From NCBI GenBank assembly GCA_045538415.1, contig JAZSRI010000093.1:17236-81235 (forward strand): DNA of 64,000 nucleotides, written 5' to 3'. This DNA comes from Faecousia sp. (GTDB lineage: Bacteria; Bacillota; Clostridia; Oscillospirales; Oscillospiraceae). The position numbers were made by a program, and so were the translations under genes. Below are positions 1 to 10,056 of this stretch, piece after piece (the stretch's first letter is position 1; each line of letters opens with the position of its first letter). The notes beneath the pieces were generated by a model. It saw only the letters and a list, made by a program, of their open reading frames with translations. It was not told the origin of the DNA and made no database searches.

Positions 1-1
1 G

Positions 2-349
2 GAGGACGGTGCTGACTTTACCTTTATCCACGTAGAAGCACCCGATGAAATGGGTCACCAGGGAAGAATTATGGATAAGGTTAAGTCTATTGAGGAGATC
101 GACAGCAAGATTGTCTCCGTGATTAAAAAAGGTCTTGATACTGCCGGTTGTGGGTATAGGATTATGGTTCTGCCGGATCACCCTACCCCCATTTACTGCC
201 GTACCCATACCTGTGATCCAGTGCCTTATGTAATATACGACAGTACAAATACACAAACAAATCCCTATGCGTTCACCGAGCATGACGCTGAGAAAGCCGG
301 CGTTTACGAACCGGCAGGTCATAACTTGGTGCAAATGCTGATTGGGTAA
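2..349 (+). CDS. apgM: Cofactor-independent phosphoglycerate mutase (ApgM family), 3' part; gene starts before window
   Basis: Frame is open from the window start: HVEAPDEMGHQG...PDHPTP...RTHTCDPVPY are ApgM metal-binding motifs; lies upstream of serC/serA. Confidence 0.8.
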   Translation, partial: EDGADFTFIHVEAPDEMGHQGRIMDKVKSIEEIDSKIVSVIKKGLDTAGCGYRIMVLPDHPTPIYCRTHTCDPVPYVIYDSTNTQTNPYAFTEHDAEKAGVYEPAGHNLVQMLIG

Positions 350-362
350 GGAGGAAATTATT

Positions 363-1445
363 ATGTCTAGAATTTATAACTTTTCCGCAGGTCCCGCAGT
401 TCTCCCTGAGGAGGTTTTGCAGGAGGCAGCAGCTGAAATGATGGATTACCGTGGAACCGGTATGTCCGTTATGGAAATGAGCCACCGTTCCAAGGCTTAT
501 CAGGCTATCATCGACGAGGCGGAAGCCGATCTGCGTGAGCTTATGCAGATTCCCGATAACTACAAGGTTCTGTTCCTGCAGGGCGGCGCTTCCCAGCAGT
601 TTGCAATGATTCCCATGAATCTGATGAAAAATGGTGTAGCCGATTATATTATTACCGGACAGTGGGCAAAGAAGGCCTACGAGGAGGGTAAGAAATACGG
701 CAAGGCCAACGCAGTTGCATCTTCTGCCGATAAGACTTTCTCTTACATCCCTGATTGCAGCGATCTTCCCATCAGTGAAGACGCGGATTATGTCTATATT
801 TGCGAAAACAATACCATCTACGGTACAAAGTTCTGGAATCTGCCTAACACCAAGGGCAAGATCCTGATTTCTGATGTATCCTCCTGCTTCCTTTCTGAGC
901 CTGTGGATGTGAGCAAATATGGTATGATCTATGGCGGCGTTCAGAAGAATATCGGCCCTGCCGGTGTTGTGATTGCCATTATCAGAGAGGATCTGATCCG
1001 TTCCGATGTTGCGGATACTGTTCCCACCATGCTGCGTTATGATATCCATGTTAAGAACGGTTCCATGTACAATACACCTCCAGCCTACGGTATTTATATC
1101 TGCGGTAAGGTGTTTAAGTGGCTGAAAAAAATGGGCGGCCTGGAGGCAATGAAGGTACACAACCAGAAGAAGGCAGCGATCCTCTACGATTTCCTTGACC
1201 GGAGCAAGCTGTTCAAGGGCACTGTTGTGAAGGAAGACCGCTCCCTGATGAACGTTCCTTTTGTTACCGGCAATGAGGAAATGGACGCCAAGTTTGTGAA
1301 GGAAGCCACTGCTGCCGGCTTTGCCAACCTGAAGGGTCACCGCTCTGTTGGCGGTATGCGGGCAAGTATCTACAACGCCATGCCCTTGGAAGGTGTTGAG
1401 AAGCTGGTAGCCTTTATGGAGCAGTTTGAAAAAGATAATACCTGA
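363..1445 (+). CDS. serC: Phosphoserine aminotransferase
   Basis: YNFSAGPA, EMSHRS, GVQKNIGPAG (PLP Lys), GHRSVGGMRASIYNA; GGAGG RBS before ATG 363. Confidence 0.97.
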   Translation: MSRIYNFSAGPAVLPEEVLQEAAAEMMDYRGTGMSVMEMSHRSKAYQAIIDEAEADLRELMQIPDNYKVLFLQGGASQQFAMIPMNLMKNGVADYIITGQWAKKAYEEGKKYGKANAVASSADKTFSYIPDCSDLPISEDADYVYICENNTIYGTKFWNLPNTKGKILISDVSSCFLSEPVDVSKYGMIYGGVQKNIGPAGVVIAIIREDLIRSDVADTVPTMLRYDIHVKNGSMYNTPPAYGIYICGKVFKWLKKMGGLEAMKVHNQKKAAILYDFLDRSKLFKGTVVKEDRSLMNVPFVTGNEEMDAKFVKEATAAGFANLKGHRSVGGMRASIYNAMPLEGVEKLVAFMEQFEKDNT

Positions 1446-1474
1446 TATAACCGGTTGTGAGAAGAGGTATACAT

Positions 1475-2638
1475 ATGTTTAACGTACATTATTTAAATCC
1501 CATTTCCCCCAAGGGCACCGCTCTGTGGACGGATAACTATCAGAAGACCGATGATGCCCAGCAGGCGCAGGCCATCATGGTCAGAAGCGCTGCCATGCAT
1601 GACATGGAATTTTCCGATGATCTGCTTGCTGTAGCCCGTGCAGGCGCAGGTGTGAATAATATCCCCCTTGACCGCTGTGCGGAAAATGGCATTGTGGTAT
1701 TCAACACCCCCGGTGCCAATGCAAATGGTGTTGTAGAGCTTGCACTGTGCGGCATGCTGCTGGGCAGCCGTGATGTTGTTGGCGGTATTAACTGGGTGCA
1801 GAGCATTAAGAATGAAACGGACATCGCAAAGAAGGTAGAGAAGGGAAAGTCCAAATTTGCCGGACATGAGATTGCTGGCAAGACGTTGGGTGTTATCGGC
1901 CTGGGTGCCATCGGCGGACCTCTTGCCAATGCGGCAATCAAGCTGGGCATGCAGGTTTACGGCTGTGACCCCTACATTTCCATTGACGCGGCATGGCATC
2001 TTGACAGCGGTATTGTCCCCGCAAAGACCCGGGAGGATGTTTATGCCCAGTGTGATATCATTACCCTCCATGTTCCTCTGCTGGACAGCACCAGAAAGAT
2101 GATCAATGCCGAAGCCATCTCCAAGATGAAAGATGGCGTCATCATTCTGAATTTTGCCCGGGATTCTCTGGTGGACGATGACGCAATGGAAGCCGCTCTG
2201 AAGTCCGGCAAGGTTAAGCGCTACATTACAGACTTCCCCAACGACAGAACCGCAAGCATGGAAGGCGTGGTTGCCATTCCACACTTGGGCGCATCCACCG
2301 AGGAATCTGAGGATAACTGTGCAAAAATGGCTGTGCGCCAGATGATGAATTATCTGGAAAACGGCAATATTGTGAACTCTGTTAACTTCCCCAACTGCGA
2401 TATGGGCATCTGCTCCAAGGCTGCCAGAGTGGCTGTTTTGCACAAGAATATCCCCAATTCCATCACCCAGTTCACCGGCGCGTTTGCGGCGGAGGGTATT
2501 AACATTTCGGATATGCTTAACCGCAGTAAGGGTGAGTACGCCTATACAATGCTGGATCTTGACCATACACCTTCTCAGGATGCCATTGAAAAGATTAAGA
2601 GCATCAATGGTGTTTTGAGAGTGAGAGTCATTAAGTAA
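1475..2638 (+). CDS. serA: D-3-phosphoglycerate dehydrogenase with C-terminal ACT domain
   Basis: RAGAGVNNI, GLGAIG, NFARD, PHLGAST; ACT-like C-terminus; follows serC. Confidence 0.93.
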   Translation: MFNVHYLNPISPKGTALWTDNYQKTDDAQQAQAIMVRSAAMHDMEFSDDLLAVARAGAGVNNIPLDRCAENGIVVFNTPGANANGVVELALCGMLLGSRDVVGGINWVQSIKNETDIAKKVEKGKSKFAGHEIAGKTLGVIGLGAIGGPLANAAIKLGMQVYGCDPYISIDAAWHLDSGIVPAKTREDVYAQCDIITLHVPLLDSTRKMINAEAISKMKDGVIILNFARDSLVDDDAMEAALKSGKVKRYITDFPNDRTASMEGVVAIPHLGASTEESEDNCAKMAVRQMMNYLENGNIVNSVNFPNCDMGICSKAARVAVLHKNIPNSITQFTGAFAAEGINISDMLNRSKGEYAYTMLDLDHTPSQDAIEKIKSINGVLRVRVIK

Positions 2639-2648
2639 TTTTCTGAAT

Positions 2649-2689
2649 AAAAAACGTATCAGCTGCCTTAGGCAGCTGATACGTTTTTT
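2649..2689. terminator. Bidirectional intrinsic terminator between serA and proC
   Basis: AAAAAACGTATCAGCTGCC-TTA-GGCAGCTGATACGTTTTTT perfect inverted repeat between convergent genes. Confidence 0.9.
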
Positions 2690-2699
2690 ATAGTATTCA

Positions 2700-3482
2700 T
2701 TATTTCCCCAGCTCTGTATTGCGCTGATAGGCGGCTTTCACACAATCCATTACAGCACCGCGGAAACCACGCTGTTCCAGAACGTTTACACCCGCGATGG
2801 TGCTGCCTCCAGGGGAGCAAACTGCGTCCTTCAGCACACCGGGGTGAAGCCCCGTTTCAAGGAGCATCTTACCGGCCCCCATAAGAGCGGCGGCGGCATA
2901 TTCCATAGCCTTTGCTCTGGGAACGCCGCAGGCTACCGCACCGTCTGCCAATGCTTCCGCGAACATGTACATATAGGCAGGAGCGCAGCCAGATACCACA
3001 CCGGCAGAATCAATGAGTTTTTCCTCAACTTTATCAAACCGACCAGCGTATTCCATATCCGACAAGAACTGCCGCAGTTGGGATTCCTGTACAAGTGCGT
3101 TGCAGCAATATAGAGTCATGCCCATTTCTACCGAAACCGGTGTGTTGGGCATAATGCGGATGATGGGCAGGGTAGTACCCACCATTTTTTCCAGACTTGC
3201 GATTTCAATGCCCGCCGCCATAGTAATAACCAGAGGTTTATTCTCCATAAGAATGTCACGAACCGGTTCTAAGGCGGCTGCCATCATCTGGGGCTTTACG
3301 CCAAGAACCACAGCGTCGCACTTTGCGACACTCATGGCATCGGTATAGGTGATACCAAGCTCCTGGGCAAGGGCTTTTGCTTTTCCGGAGCGGTCAGTAA
3401 TCAAAATATCCTTATTTTTGCGGGAAATTGCTTTGGCAATGGCACCACCCATATTGCCGCAGCCTAAAAAACCGTATTTCAT
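2700..3482 (-). CDS. proC: Pyrroline-5-carboxylate reductase
   Basis: GCGNMG, VKPQ, RIMPNTP, VCSPGGST motifs. Confidence 0.96.
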   Translation of the reverse strand: MKYGFLGCGNMGGAIAKAISRKNKDILITDRSGKAKALAQELGITYTDAMSVAKCDAVVLGVKPQMMAAALEPVRDILMENKPLVITMAAGIEIASLEKMVGTTLPIIRIMPNTPVSVEMGMTLYCCNALVQESQLRQFLSDMEYAGRFDKVEEKLIDSAGVVSGCAPAYMYMFAEALADGAVACGVPRAKAMEYAAAALMGAGKMLLETGLHPGVLKDAVCSPGGSTIAGVNVLEQRGFRGAVMDCVKAAYQRNTELGK

Positions 3483-3493
3483 ACCTTTCCTCC

Positions 3494-4732
3494 TTAGCGG
3501 ATATGCCCGTTACCACGGATGACATACTTATAGCTTGTCAACTCTTCAAGACCCATGGGACCCCGGGCGTGGAGTTTCTGGGTGGAAATTCCCATCTCGC
3601 AGCCAAGACCAAATTCGCCACCGTCTGTAAAACGTGTGGATGCGTTCACATAGACAGCCGCACTGTCAACACAGCTGGTAAAACAGGCAATTGCGGACTC
3701 ATCGCTTGCGACGATAGCTTCACTGTGACCAGTGGAGTGGGCGGCGATATGCTCCACAGCAGCCTGAACATTTTCCACACACTTGACGGCCATGATGTAA
3801 TCCAAAAATTCTGTGTCATAGTCCCGCTCACCGGCTGCTTCTCCGGGGATAATGGATTGGGCAAAGCTGTCCAGCTTCAGTGTCACAGGCTGCTGGCGCT
3901 CCAGCACCAGCTTTTGGTGGAGCATTGGAAGCAGTTGGGGAGCGACAGCTTTGTCCACCAGCAGCACCTCCATGGCATTGCAGACACTGGGACGGCTGGT
4001 TTTGGCATTTTCAATAATTTTGCATGCCATGTCAAGGTCGGCGCTTTTATTGACGTATACGTGGCAAATGCCGGTGCCTGTTGCGATACAGGGAACGGTG
4101 GCATTCTGGATGCAGGCATTAATCAGTCCCGCGCCGCCTCTGGGGATCAGCAGATCTACAAAACCGTTTGCTTTCATCAGTTTTGTGGCACTGTCCCGGG
4201 AGGTGTCCTGAACCAAATTCACTGCATACGGTGTAATACCTACAGACTCTAGACCTAAGCGAAGGGCATCCACAATGGCGTTAGCGGAACGGAAAGCCTC
4301 CTTGCCGCCACGCAGGATACATACATTGCCGCTTTTAAGAGCAAGTGCCGCTGCATCACTGGTCACATTGGGCCGGCTCTCATAGATAATGGCGATAACA
4401 CCAACAGGTACAGAAACCTTGTCAATTTTCAGACCATCGGATCTTGTGGATGAGTTTAGCAGTTTTCCAACAGGGTCGGGGAGGGCAGCAACGTCCAGTA
4501 TGCCCTGGGCCATGCCTGCGATACGGTCTTTTGTCAGACGCAGCCGATCCAGCATGACACTGGAGATGCTGTGGCTGGCGTTTTCCATATCCTGAGCATT
4601 TGCCAGCAGAATTTTGTCACTGGATGCTATCAGGGCGTCCGCCATGGCTTTCAGTGCGCCGTTTTTTTCCTCGGTGGTCAGCTGGGCAATTATTAGTTTC
4701 GCGTTCTTAGCATTTGTAAGTAATTTATCCAT
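3494..4732 (-). CDS. proA: Gamma-glutamyl phosphate reductase
   Basis: IYESRPNVT, PSVCNA (catalytic Cys), NASTRFTDGGEFGLG, STQKLHARGPMG. Confidence 0.97.
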   Translation of the reverse strand: MDKLLTNAKNAKLIIAQLTTEEKNGALKAMADALIASSDKILLANAQDMENASHSISSVMLDRLRLTKDRIAGMAQGILDVAALPDPVGKLLNSSTRSDGLKIDKVSVPVGVIAIIYESRPNVTSDAAALALKSGNVCILRGGKEAFRSANAIVDALRLGLESVGITPYAVNLVQDTSRDSATKLMKANGFVDLLIPRGGAGLINACIQNATVPCIATGTGICHVYVNKSADLDMACKIIENAKTSRPSVCNAMEVLLVDKAVAPQLLPMLHQKLVLERQQPVTLKLDSFAQSIIPGEAAGERDYDTEFLDYIMAVKCVENVQAAVEHIAAHSTGHSEAIVASDESAIACFTSCVDSAAVYVNASTRFTDGGEFGLGCEMGISTQKLHARGPMGLEELTSYKYVIRGNGHIR

Positions 4733-5498
4733 AGCATTTCTCAGTAAAAGTTGTACCCACAGGTTCGTTTTCCAATATTGCGTACAGGTTTTCCGGCTTG
4801 TTGCCGTTGGTGATAATCATTTCGCAGCCGCAGGACATGCAAATTTCCGCGGCCTGTAGCTTTGTCATCATACCGCCGGTACCTAAGTTGCCGGCACTTG
4901 CGCCTGCAAGGGCATAGACGGATTCGTCCAGATTGTTGATAACAGAAATCAACTTGGCGTTTGGATCGTTATGGGGATCGGCTGTGTACAGTCCGTCAAT
5001 GTCGGATAGCAAAATCAGCTTCTCCGCTTTTACGCTTTCTGCAACAATGGCGGCAAGAGTGTCATTGTCACCTATTACGATCTCGTTGGTTGCCACGGTG
5101 TCATTTTCATTAATAATGGGAATGGCATCCAGTTCTAAAAGTCTTGAGAGCGTGTTGCTGAAATTCTGGTGTCTTGTGTCATTTTTGATATCATCGCCGG
5201 TGATTAGAAGCTGGCCTACTGTGTGATTATACTCACTGAACAGCTTGTCGTATGTATACATGAGTTCACATTGACCAACCGCGGCAGCAGCCTGTTTTGT
5301 GGGCATATCCGACGGCCGGGAACGAAGCCCAAGCTTACCAATGCCCATACCGATTGCGCCGGAAGAAACCAAAATCACCTGATTGCCGGCATTTTTGATA
5401 TCACTTACAATCTTGCAAATATTTTCTACACGGCGGATATTCAAGTGTCCTGTGTTGTGGGCCAAGGTGCTTGTCCCGATCTTGATTACGATGCGCAT
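4725..5498 (-). CDS. proB: Glutamate 5-kinase (short form, no PUA domain)
   Basis: VIKIGTS, VSSGAI, NENDTV, GDNDTL, GTGGM.TK. Confidence 0.96.
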   Translation of the reverse strand: MRIVIKIGTSTLAHNTGHLNIRRVENICKIVSDIKNAGNQVILVSSGAIGMGIGKLGLRSRPSDMPTKQAAAAVGQCELMYTYDKLFSEYNHTVGQLLITGDDIKNDTRHQNFSNTLSRLLELDAIPIINENDTVATNEIVIGDNDTLAAIVAESVKAEKLILLSDIDGLYTADPHNDPNAKLISVINNLDESVYALAGASAGNLGTGGMMTKLQAAEICMSCGCEMIITNGNKPENLYAILENEPVGTTFTEKCYG

Positions 5499-5626
5499 AT
5501 ACACTCCCCCAATCTAACACCCCTATTATAACCTGTGTTTATTAAGAAATATATAGGTATTTTTCACGTTTTTTGTGTGTATTTTGTTGGTTGTTTAGCA
5601 CAGTTGTAGAAAAAACTGACAAGCTA

Positions 5627-5655
5627 TTGACTTTAGTACGATAAAGTGATAAAAC
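5627..5655 (+). promoter_or_regulatory. SigA promoter (TTGACT-17-TAAAAC) overlapped by a HisR/YerC-type palindromic operator ACTTTA-N6-TAAAGT (5630-5647)
   Basis: Palindrome spans the -35/spacer of the promoter for the yerC-his operon; resembles the HisR box as I recall it. Confidence 0.75.
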
Positions 5656-5684
5656 TAATATAAATTTTGTGAGGGGTGGTATGT

Positions 5685-5987
5685 ATGGCTTTGCGGAAAA
5701 ATGCGGATAAGGATTTTCTGTTTGAAGCGATTCTGTCGCTGAAAACGCTGGATGAGTGCTACCTGTTTTTTGAAGATGTATGTACCATTAAGGAACTCCA
5801 GGCCATGGCCCAGAGAATGCTTGTGGCAAAACAGCTCAATCAAAATAAGAATTACAACCAGGTTTATGAGGATACCGGTGTAAGCTCCGCTACCATTTGC
5901 AGGGTGAATAAATGCTTGCAGTATGGAAGTGGCGGGTATAAGATTGCTCTTGACCGGTTGGAAAAGATGGAGGATATGCAGCAATGA
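5685..5987 (+). CDS. TrpR-like YerC/YecD family repressor (probable HisR)
   Basis: FFEDVCTIKEL, TGVSSATICRVNKCLQYGSGGY; first gene of the his operon. Confidence 0.9.
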   Translation: MALRKNADKDFLFEAILSLKTLDECYLFFEDVCTIKELQAMAQRMLVAKQLNQNKNYNQVYEDTGVSSATICRVNKCLQYGSGGYKIALDRLEKMEDMQQ

Positions 5988-7099
5988 CGGATATTCTGAA
6001 AAAGGAAGAGCGGGTGAGTTTTGATCTGCGCCGTCTGTATTCCCAGCACGGCTACCAGCGCTTTAGGATGGCCCGGTTTGAAGAATATGACCTGTATGTC
6101 CGTAATAAGGATTTTCTGGTGTCCGATCAAGTCATTACCTTTTCTGACCGCTCCGGAAAACTGCTGGCATTAAAGCCGGACGTGACACTGTCCATTATTA
6201 AGAATGTGCAGGATATCCCCCGGAATGTACAGAAGCTTTATTACCATGAAAATGTTTACAGGACGGATAAGAGCTCTCACAATTACAAGGAGATTATGCA
6301 AATCGGTCTTGAGTGTGTTGGTGACCTGACTGCTTTGGAAACCGCTGAGGTGGTGCTCCTGGCCGCCGAGAGCATGACACTGATGGAAAGACCCTTTGTC
6401 CTCGACCTTTCTCATATGGGCCTGCTTTCCGCGGTTCTCGAGGATTGCGGGGTGGGGAAGGAACACCGCATCACTGCGATGACGCTGCTGCATCAGAAAA
6501 ATACCCATCAAATGGTGGCTCTCTGTGAAAATGCTGGCTGCTGCCGGGAGGGTACGCTTCTGCTGAGTACCCTTACCACACTCTCTGGAAAACCTGCTCA
6601 GGTGCTGCCCGCGGTGAAGAAACTGCTGTTTACGGAAAGGCAGAATAGTCTGCTCAGTGAACTGGAACAGGTGTGCCTAATACTGGAGAGTCAGGGATTT
6701 CTTGATAATATCAATATTGATTTTTCCGCCGGCAGTCAAATGAAGTATTACAGCGGTATCGTTTTCTGCGGTTATTTGCAGGGGATTCCAAACGTTGTGC
6801 TTTCCGGTGGTCAATATGACGCACTTCTTAAGAAAATGCGAAAGAGCAGCAAGGCAATCGGTTTTGCCATTTACTTGGATTTGCTTCAGCGGACACAGGA
6901 ACAGAGCAATGAGTACGATGTAGATACGGTGCTGCTGTACGATGAAAACAGCGATCCCGCCGCAGTTCTGAAAATTGCCGCGGAATTGAGAAAGGACACA
7001 TCTGTACTTATCGCGGCGACCAAGCCGGATGGCGTTAACTTTAGATGTTTGATGGAAATTAAGGATGGGGAGGCGGTACTGGTTGAAAAATATGGTTAA
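5984..7099 (+). CDS. hisZ: ATP phosphoribosyltransferase regulatory subunit
   Basis: LKPDVTLSI, YYSGIVF, SGGQYD, AIGFAIY (HisRS-like); precedes short hisG. Confidence 0.92.
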   Translation: MTDILKKEERVSFDLRRLYSQHGYQRFRMARFEEYDLYVRNKDFLVSDQVITFSDRSGKLLALKPDVTLSIIKNVQDIPRNVQKLYYHENVYRTDKSSHNYKEIMQIGLECVGDLTALETAEVVLLAAESMTLMERPFVLDLSHMGLLSAVLEDCGVGKEHRITAMTLLHQKNTHQMVALCENAGCCREGTLLLSTLTTLSGKPAQVLPAVKKLLFTERQNSLLSELEQVCLILESQGFLDNINIDFSAGSQMKYYSGIVFCGYLQGIPNVVLSGGQYDALLKKMRKSSKAIGFAIYLDLLQRTQEQSNEYDVDTVLLYDENSDPAAVLKIAAELRKDTSVLIAATKPDGVNFRCLMEIKDGEAVLVEKYG

Positions 7100-7721
7100 T
7101 GTGGCCCTTCCTAAGGGGAGATTGGGAGAAAAGGTCTATGGCCTGATGAAAAATGCCGGCTACTCCTGTCCGGAACTGGAGGCCGGAGGCAGAAAGCTAA
7201 TTTTTGAAAACCCGGAAAAAGGTGTACGCTATTTTTGGGTGAAGCCTTCGGACGTTGCGATCTATGTTGAGCGTGGCGCAGCGGATATTGGTGTGGTGGG
7301 TAAAGACATCCTTCTGGAATACGAACCGGATGTTTACGAGCTCTTGGATTTGAATATTGGTAAATGTTCCATGGCAGTTGCCGGAAGGGCTGGCTTCCGT
7401 GAGAAGAACGACCATACCCTTCGTGTAGCCACGAAATTTCCCAATATTGCAATGTCCTACTATAACAGCAAGTGCCGGGATATCGATATTATCCATTTGA
7501 ACGGTTCTATTGAACTGGCGCCGATCTTGGATCTTTCAGATGTGATTGTGGACATTGTGGAGACAGGTACCACACTGAAGGAAAATAATTTGCATGTGCT
7601 GGAGAAAATTGTTCCCATCAGCGCAAGGCTGATTTGTAACATTTCGGCAATGAAATTTAAATCGGAGACGATCAACGCGATCCGCTCCAGTCTTGAAACG
7701 CAAGTGAGGCAATCAATATGA
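7092..7721 (+). CDS. hisG: ATP phosphoribosyltransferase, short form
   Basis: ALPKGRL, GSIELAP, DIVETGTTLKEN. Confidence 0.96.
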   Translation: MVNVALPKGRLGEKVYGLMKNAGYSCPELEAGGRKLIFENPEKGVRYFWVKPSDVAIYVERGAADIGVVGKDILLEYEPDVYELLDLNIGKCSMAVAGRAGFREKNDHTLRVATKFPNIAMSYYNSKCRDIDIIHLNGSIELAPILDLSDVIVDIVETGTTLKENNLHVLEKIVPISARLICNISAMKFKSETINAIRSSLETQVRQSI

Positions 7722-8995
7722 TTCCAATTTTAAAGTTTGGTCAGGTAAGTAATGAGGAAGTATTTGCCCGTATCAATCCCACCGCAAACGTGACAGAGGC
7801 GGTTTCCACTATCATTACGGATGTCCGGCAGCGGGGTGATGAAGCGCTTCGTGAATATACCAAGAAGTTTGACGGTGCGGATTTAGCGAATTTGGAAGTA
7901 TCCTCTCAGGAATTGGAGGATGCGGTGGCTGCTGTGGAGCCGGAGTTTCTGGATATCATCCGCCGGGCTGCGGACAATATCCGGCAGTTCCACTCCAAAC
8001 AGGTTCGCAACAGTTTTGTCTGTGAACGAAACGGTGTAATCCTCGGGCAGAAGGTAACCCCGATTGAAAAGGTGGGTATCTACGTTCCCGGTGGTACAGC
8101 GGCATATCCGTCCACTGTGCTGATGGATTCCATACCCGCCAAGATCGCCGGCTGCAGCGAGATTGTCATGGTTACCCCTCCGGGTAAGGACGGAAGAATT
8201 CCCAACGCCATTCTGGCTGCGGCTAAAATCGCCGGAATTGACAGAATTTTTAAGATGGGCGGAGCGCAGGCTGTTGCCGCACTGGCCTATGGAACGCAGT
8301 CTGTGCCCAAGGTGGATAAGATAGTTGGCCCGGGCAATGCCTTTGTTGCTGAGGCAAAGCGGCAGGTCTTTGGCATGGTTGCCATCGACATGATCGCGGG
8401 CCCAAGCGAGATTTTGGTGATTGCCGATGGCAAAAGTGACCCGTCCCATGTGGCGGCGGACTTGCTCAGTCAGGCGGAACATGACAAGCTGGCCAGCGCG
8501 GTTCTTGTCACCGACAGCGAAACACTTGCCCTTGCGGTGCAGCAGCAGATTGAACTACAGCTGACCCAGCTGCCGAGACAGGAAATTGCCAGAGCATCCA
8601 TTGATAATAACGGCAAGATCATCGTCACAGATGACCTGTATAAGGCCATTGATGTATCCAACGAGATTGCCCCGGAGCACCTGGAACTATTGGTGGACAA
8701 TCCCTTTGATTATCTGGACAGGGTCAAAAACGCAGGTTCTGTTTTCATGGGAAGATACTGTCCGGAGTCCTTGGGCGATTATTACGCAGGACCGAATCAC
8801 ACACTGCCTACCAGCGGAGCCGCCCGTTTTTCAAGCCCCTTGTCTGTAGATGATTTTGTAAAGAAAAGTCAGTTTACCTACTATACAAAAGCCGCTTTTG
8901 CCCAATGTGCGGAAGATGTTGCTTATTTTGCGGCGCAGGAGGGCTTGGATGCCCATGGAAAGAGCGCTATGATACGAATTGAGGAGATAGAATGA
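7718..8995 (+). CDS. hisD: Histidinol dehydrogenase
   Basis: YVPGGTA.YPST, GPGNAFV, IDMIAGPSE, SQAEHD, APEHLEL. Confidence 0.97.
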   Translation: MIPILKFGQVSNEEVFARINPTANVTEAVSTIITDVRQRGDEALREYTKKFDGADLANLEVSSQELEDAVAAVEPEFLDIIRRAADNIRQFHSKQVRNSFVCERNGVILGQKVTPIEKVGIYVPGGTAAYPSTVLMDSIPAKIAGCSEIVMVTPPGKDGRIPNAILAAAKIAGIDRIFKMGGAQAVAALAYGTQSVPKVDKIVGPGNAFVAEAKRQVFGMVAIDMIAGPSEILVIADGKSDPSHVAADLLSQAEHDKLASAVLVTDSETLALAVQQQIELQLTQLPRQEIARASIDNNGKIIVTDDLYKAIDVSNEIAPEHLELLVDNPFDYLDRVKNAGSVFMGRYCPESLGDYYAGPNHTLPTSGAARFSSPLSVDDFVKKSQFTYYTKAAFAQCAEDVAYFAAQEGLDAHGKSAMIRIEEIE

Positions 8996-10056
8996 GTCAG
9001 TTTTTGAAGGCTGAATATGCGGCTCTGGAGGCTTATGTTCCGGGAGAACAGCCCAGAGATATGCAGTATATAAAACTCAATACCAATGAATCCCCGTATC
9101 CTCCCGCACCTGAGGTTTGCAAGCTTTTAGATCAGAAAGAATGCGCCCTTTTGCGCCTGTACTCCGACCCCACCTGCAAGGTGCTTAAGGAGAAATTGGC
9201 AGGACTGTATCAGGTTGGCACGGAAAATATCTTTTTAGCCAACGGTTCTGATGACCTGCTGAACTTTGCCTTTATGGCATACGGCCACAAAGGAGCAGCC
9301 TTTGCGGATATTACCTATGGTTTTTATCCTGTGTTTGCGCAGCTTCATGGCATCAGCTGCCAAATACTGCCGCTGAAAGAGGACTTCTCTCTGGATTACA
9401 AGGATTACTGCAATCTGGATAAGCTGATTGTCATTGCCAATCCCAATGCCCCCACCGGAATGGAGATCCCTGTTTGGCAGATTGAGGAGATTCTCAAATC
9501 CAATCCGGATAGCGTTGTTGTGATTGATGAAGCCTATGTGGATTTCGGCGGAACAAGCTGTTACCGGCTGATTGACAGCTACCGTAACCTGATGGTTACA
9601 AGAACCTTCTCAAAATCCAGATCTATGGCAGGCGCAAGACTTGGCTACGCCATTGCCCCGGCAGAGATTGTTGAAGATTTGGAAAAACTGAAGTATTCCA
9701 CCAATCCTTACAATGTGAACCGGATGACCATGAAATTGGGTGAGGCAACGGTTGACGCTGAGCCGTATTATCAGGAAAAATGCGGACAGATTGTTGAGGC
9801 CAGAGAGTACACTGCCCAGAAGCTTTGCGCCTCCGGTTTTCAGGTCTTACCCAGTAAGGCAAATTTCCTGTTTGCGAAAGCGCCCTTTATGGATGGCGCT
9901 GAGCTGTATCAGCAGCTAAAAAAGCGGGGTGTGCTGGTACGCCATTTCACAAAGCCCCGGATATCCTCCTTTGTCCGCGTTACCATCGGCACAATGGAAC
10001 AGATGGAAACATTTCTGAAAGTGATTGATCAAATTCGCATGGAGGCGGAGTTATGA
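8992..10056 (+). CDS. hisC: Histidinol-phosphate aminotransferase
   Basis: KLNTNESPY, NPNAPTG, DEAYVDF, RTFSKS. Confidence 0.96.
   Translation: MSQFLKAEYAALEAYVPGEQPRDMQYIKLNTNESPYPPAPEVCKLLDQKECALLRLYSDPTCKVLKEKLAGLYQVGTENIFLANGSDDLLNFAFMAYGHKGAAFADITYGFYPVFAQLHGISCQILPLKEDFSLDYKDYCNLDKLIVIANPNAPTGMEIPVWQIEEILKSNPDSVVVIDEAYVDFGGTSCYRLIDSYRNLMVTRTFSKSRSMAGARLGYAIAPAEIVEDLEKLKYSTNPYNVNRMTMKLGEATVDAEPYYQEKCGQIVEAREYTAQKLCASGFQVLPSKANFLFAKAPFMDGAELYQQLKKRGVLVRHFTKPRISSFVRVTIGTMEQMETFLKVIDQIRMEAEL

Noticed and set aside
273-2566. 355-aa and 357-aa ORFs antisense to serC and serA (similar cases at 19529-20713 and 48193-49458)
   Set aside because: In-register antisense shadows of well-supported genes
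5505-5684. T-box or attenuator for the pro or his operons
   Set aside because: AT-rich 180-bp divergent region with no T-box consensus or leader terminator
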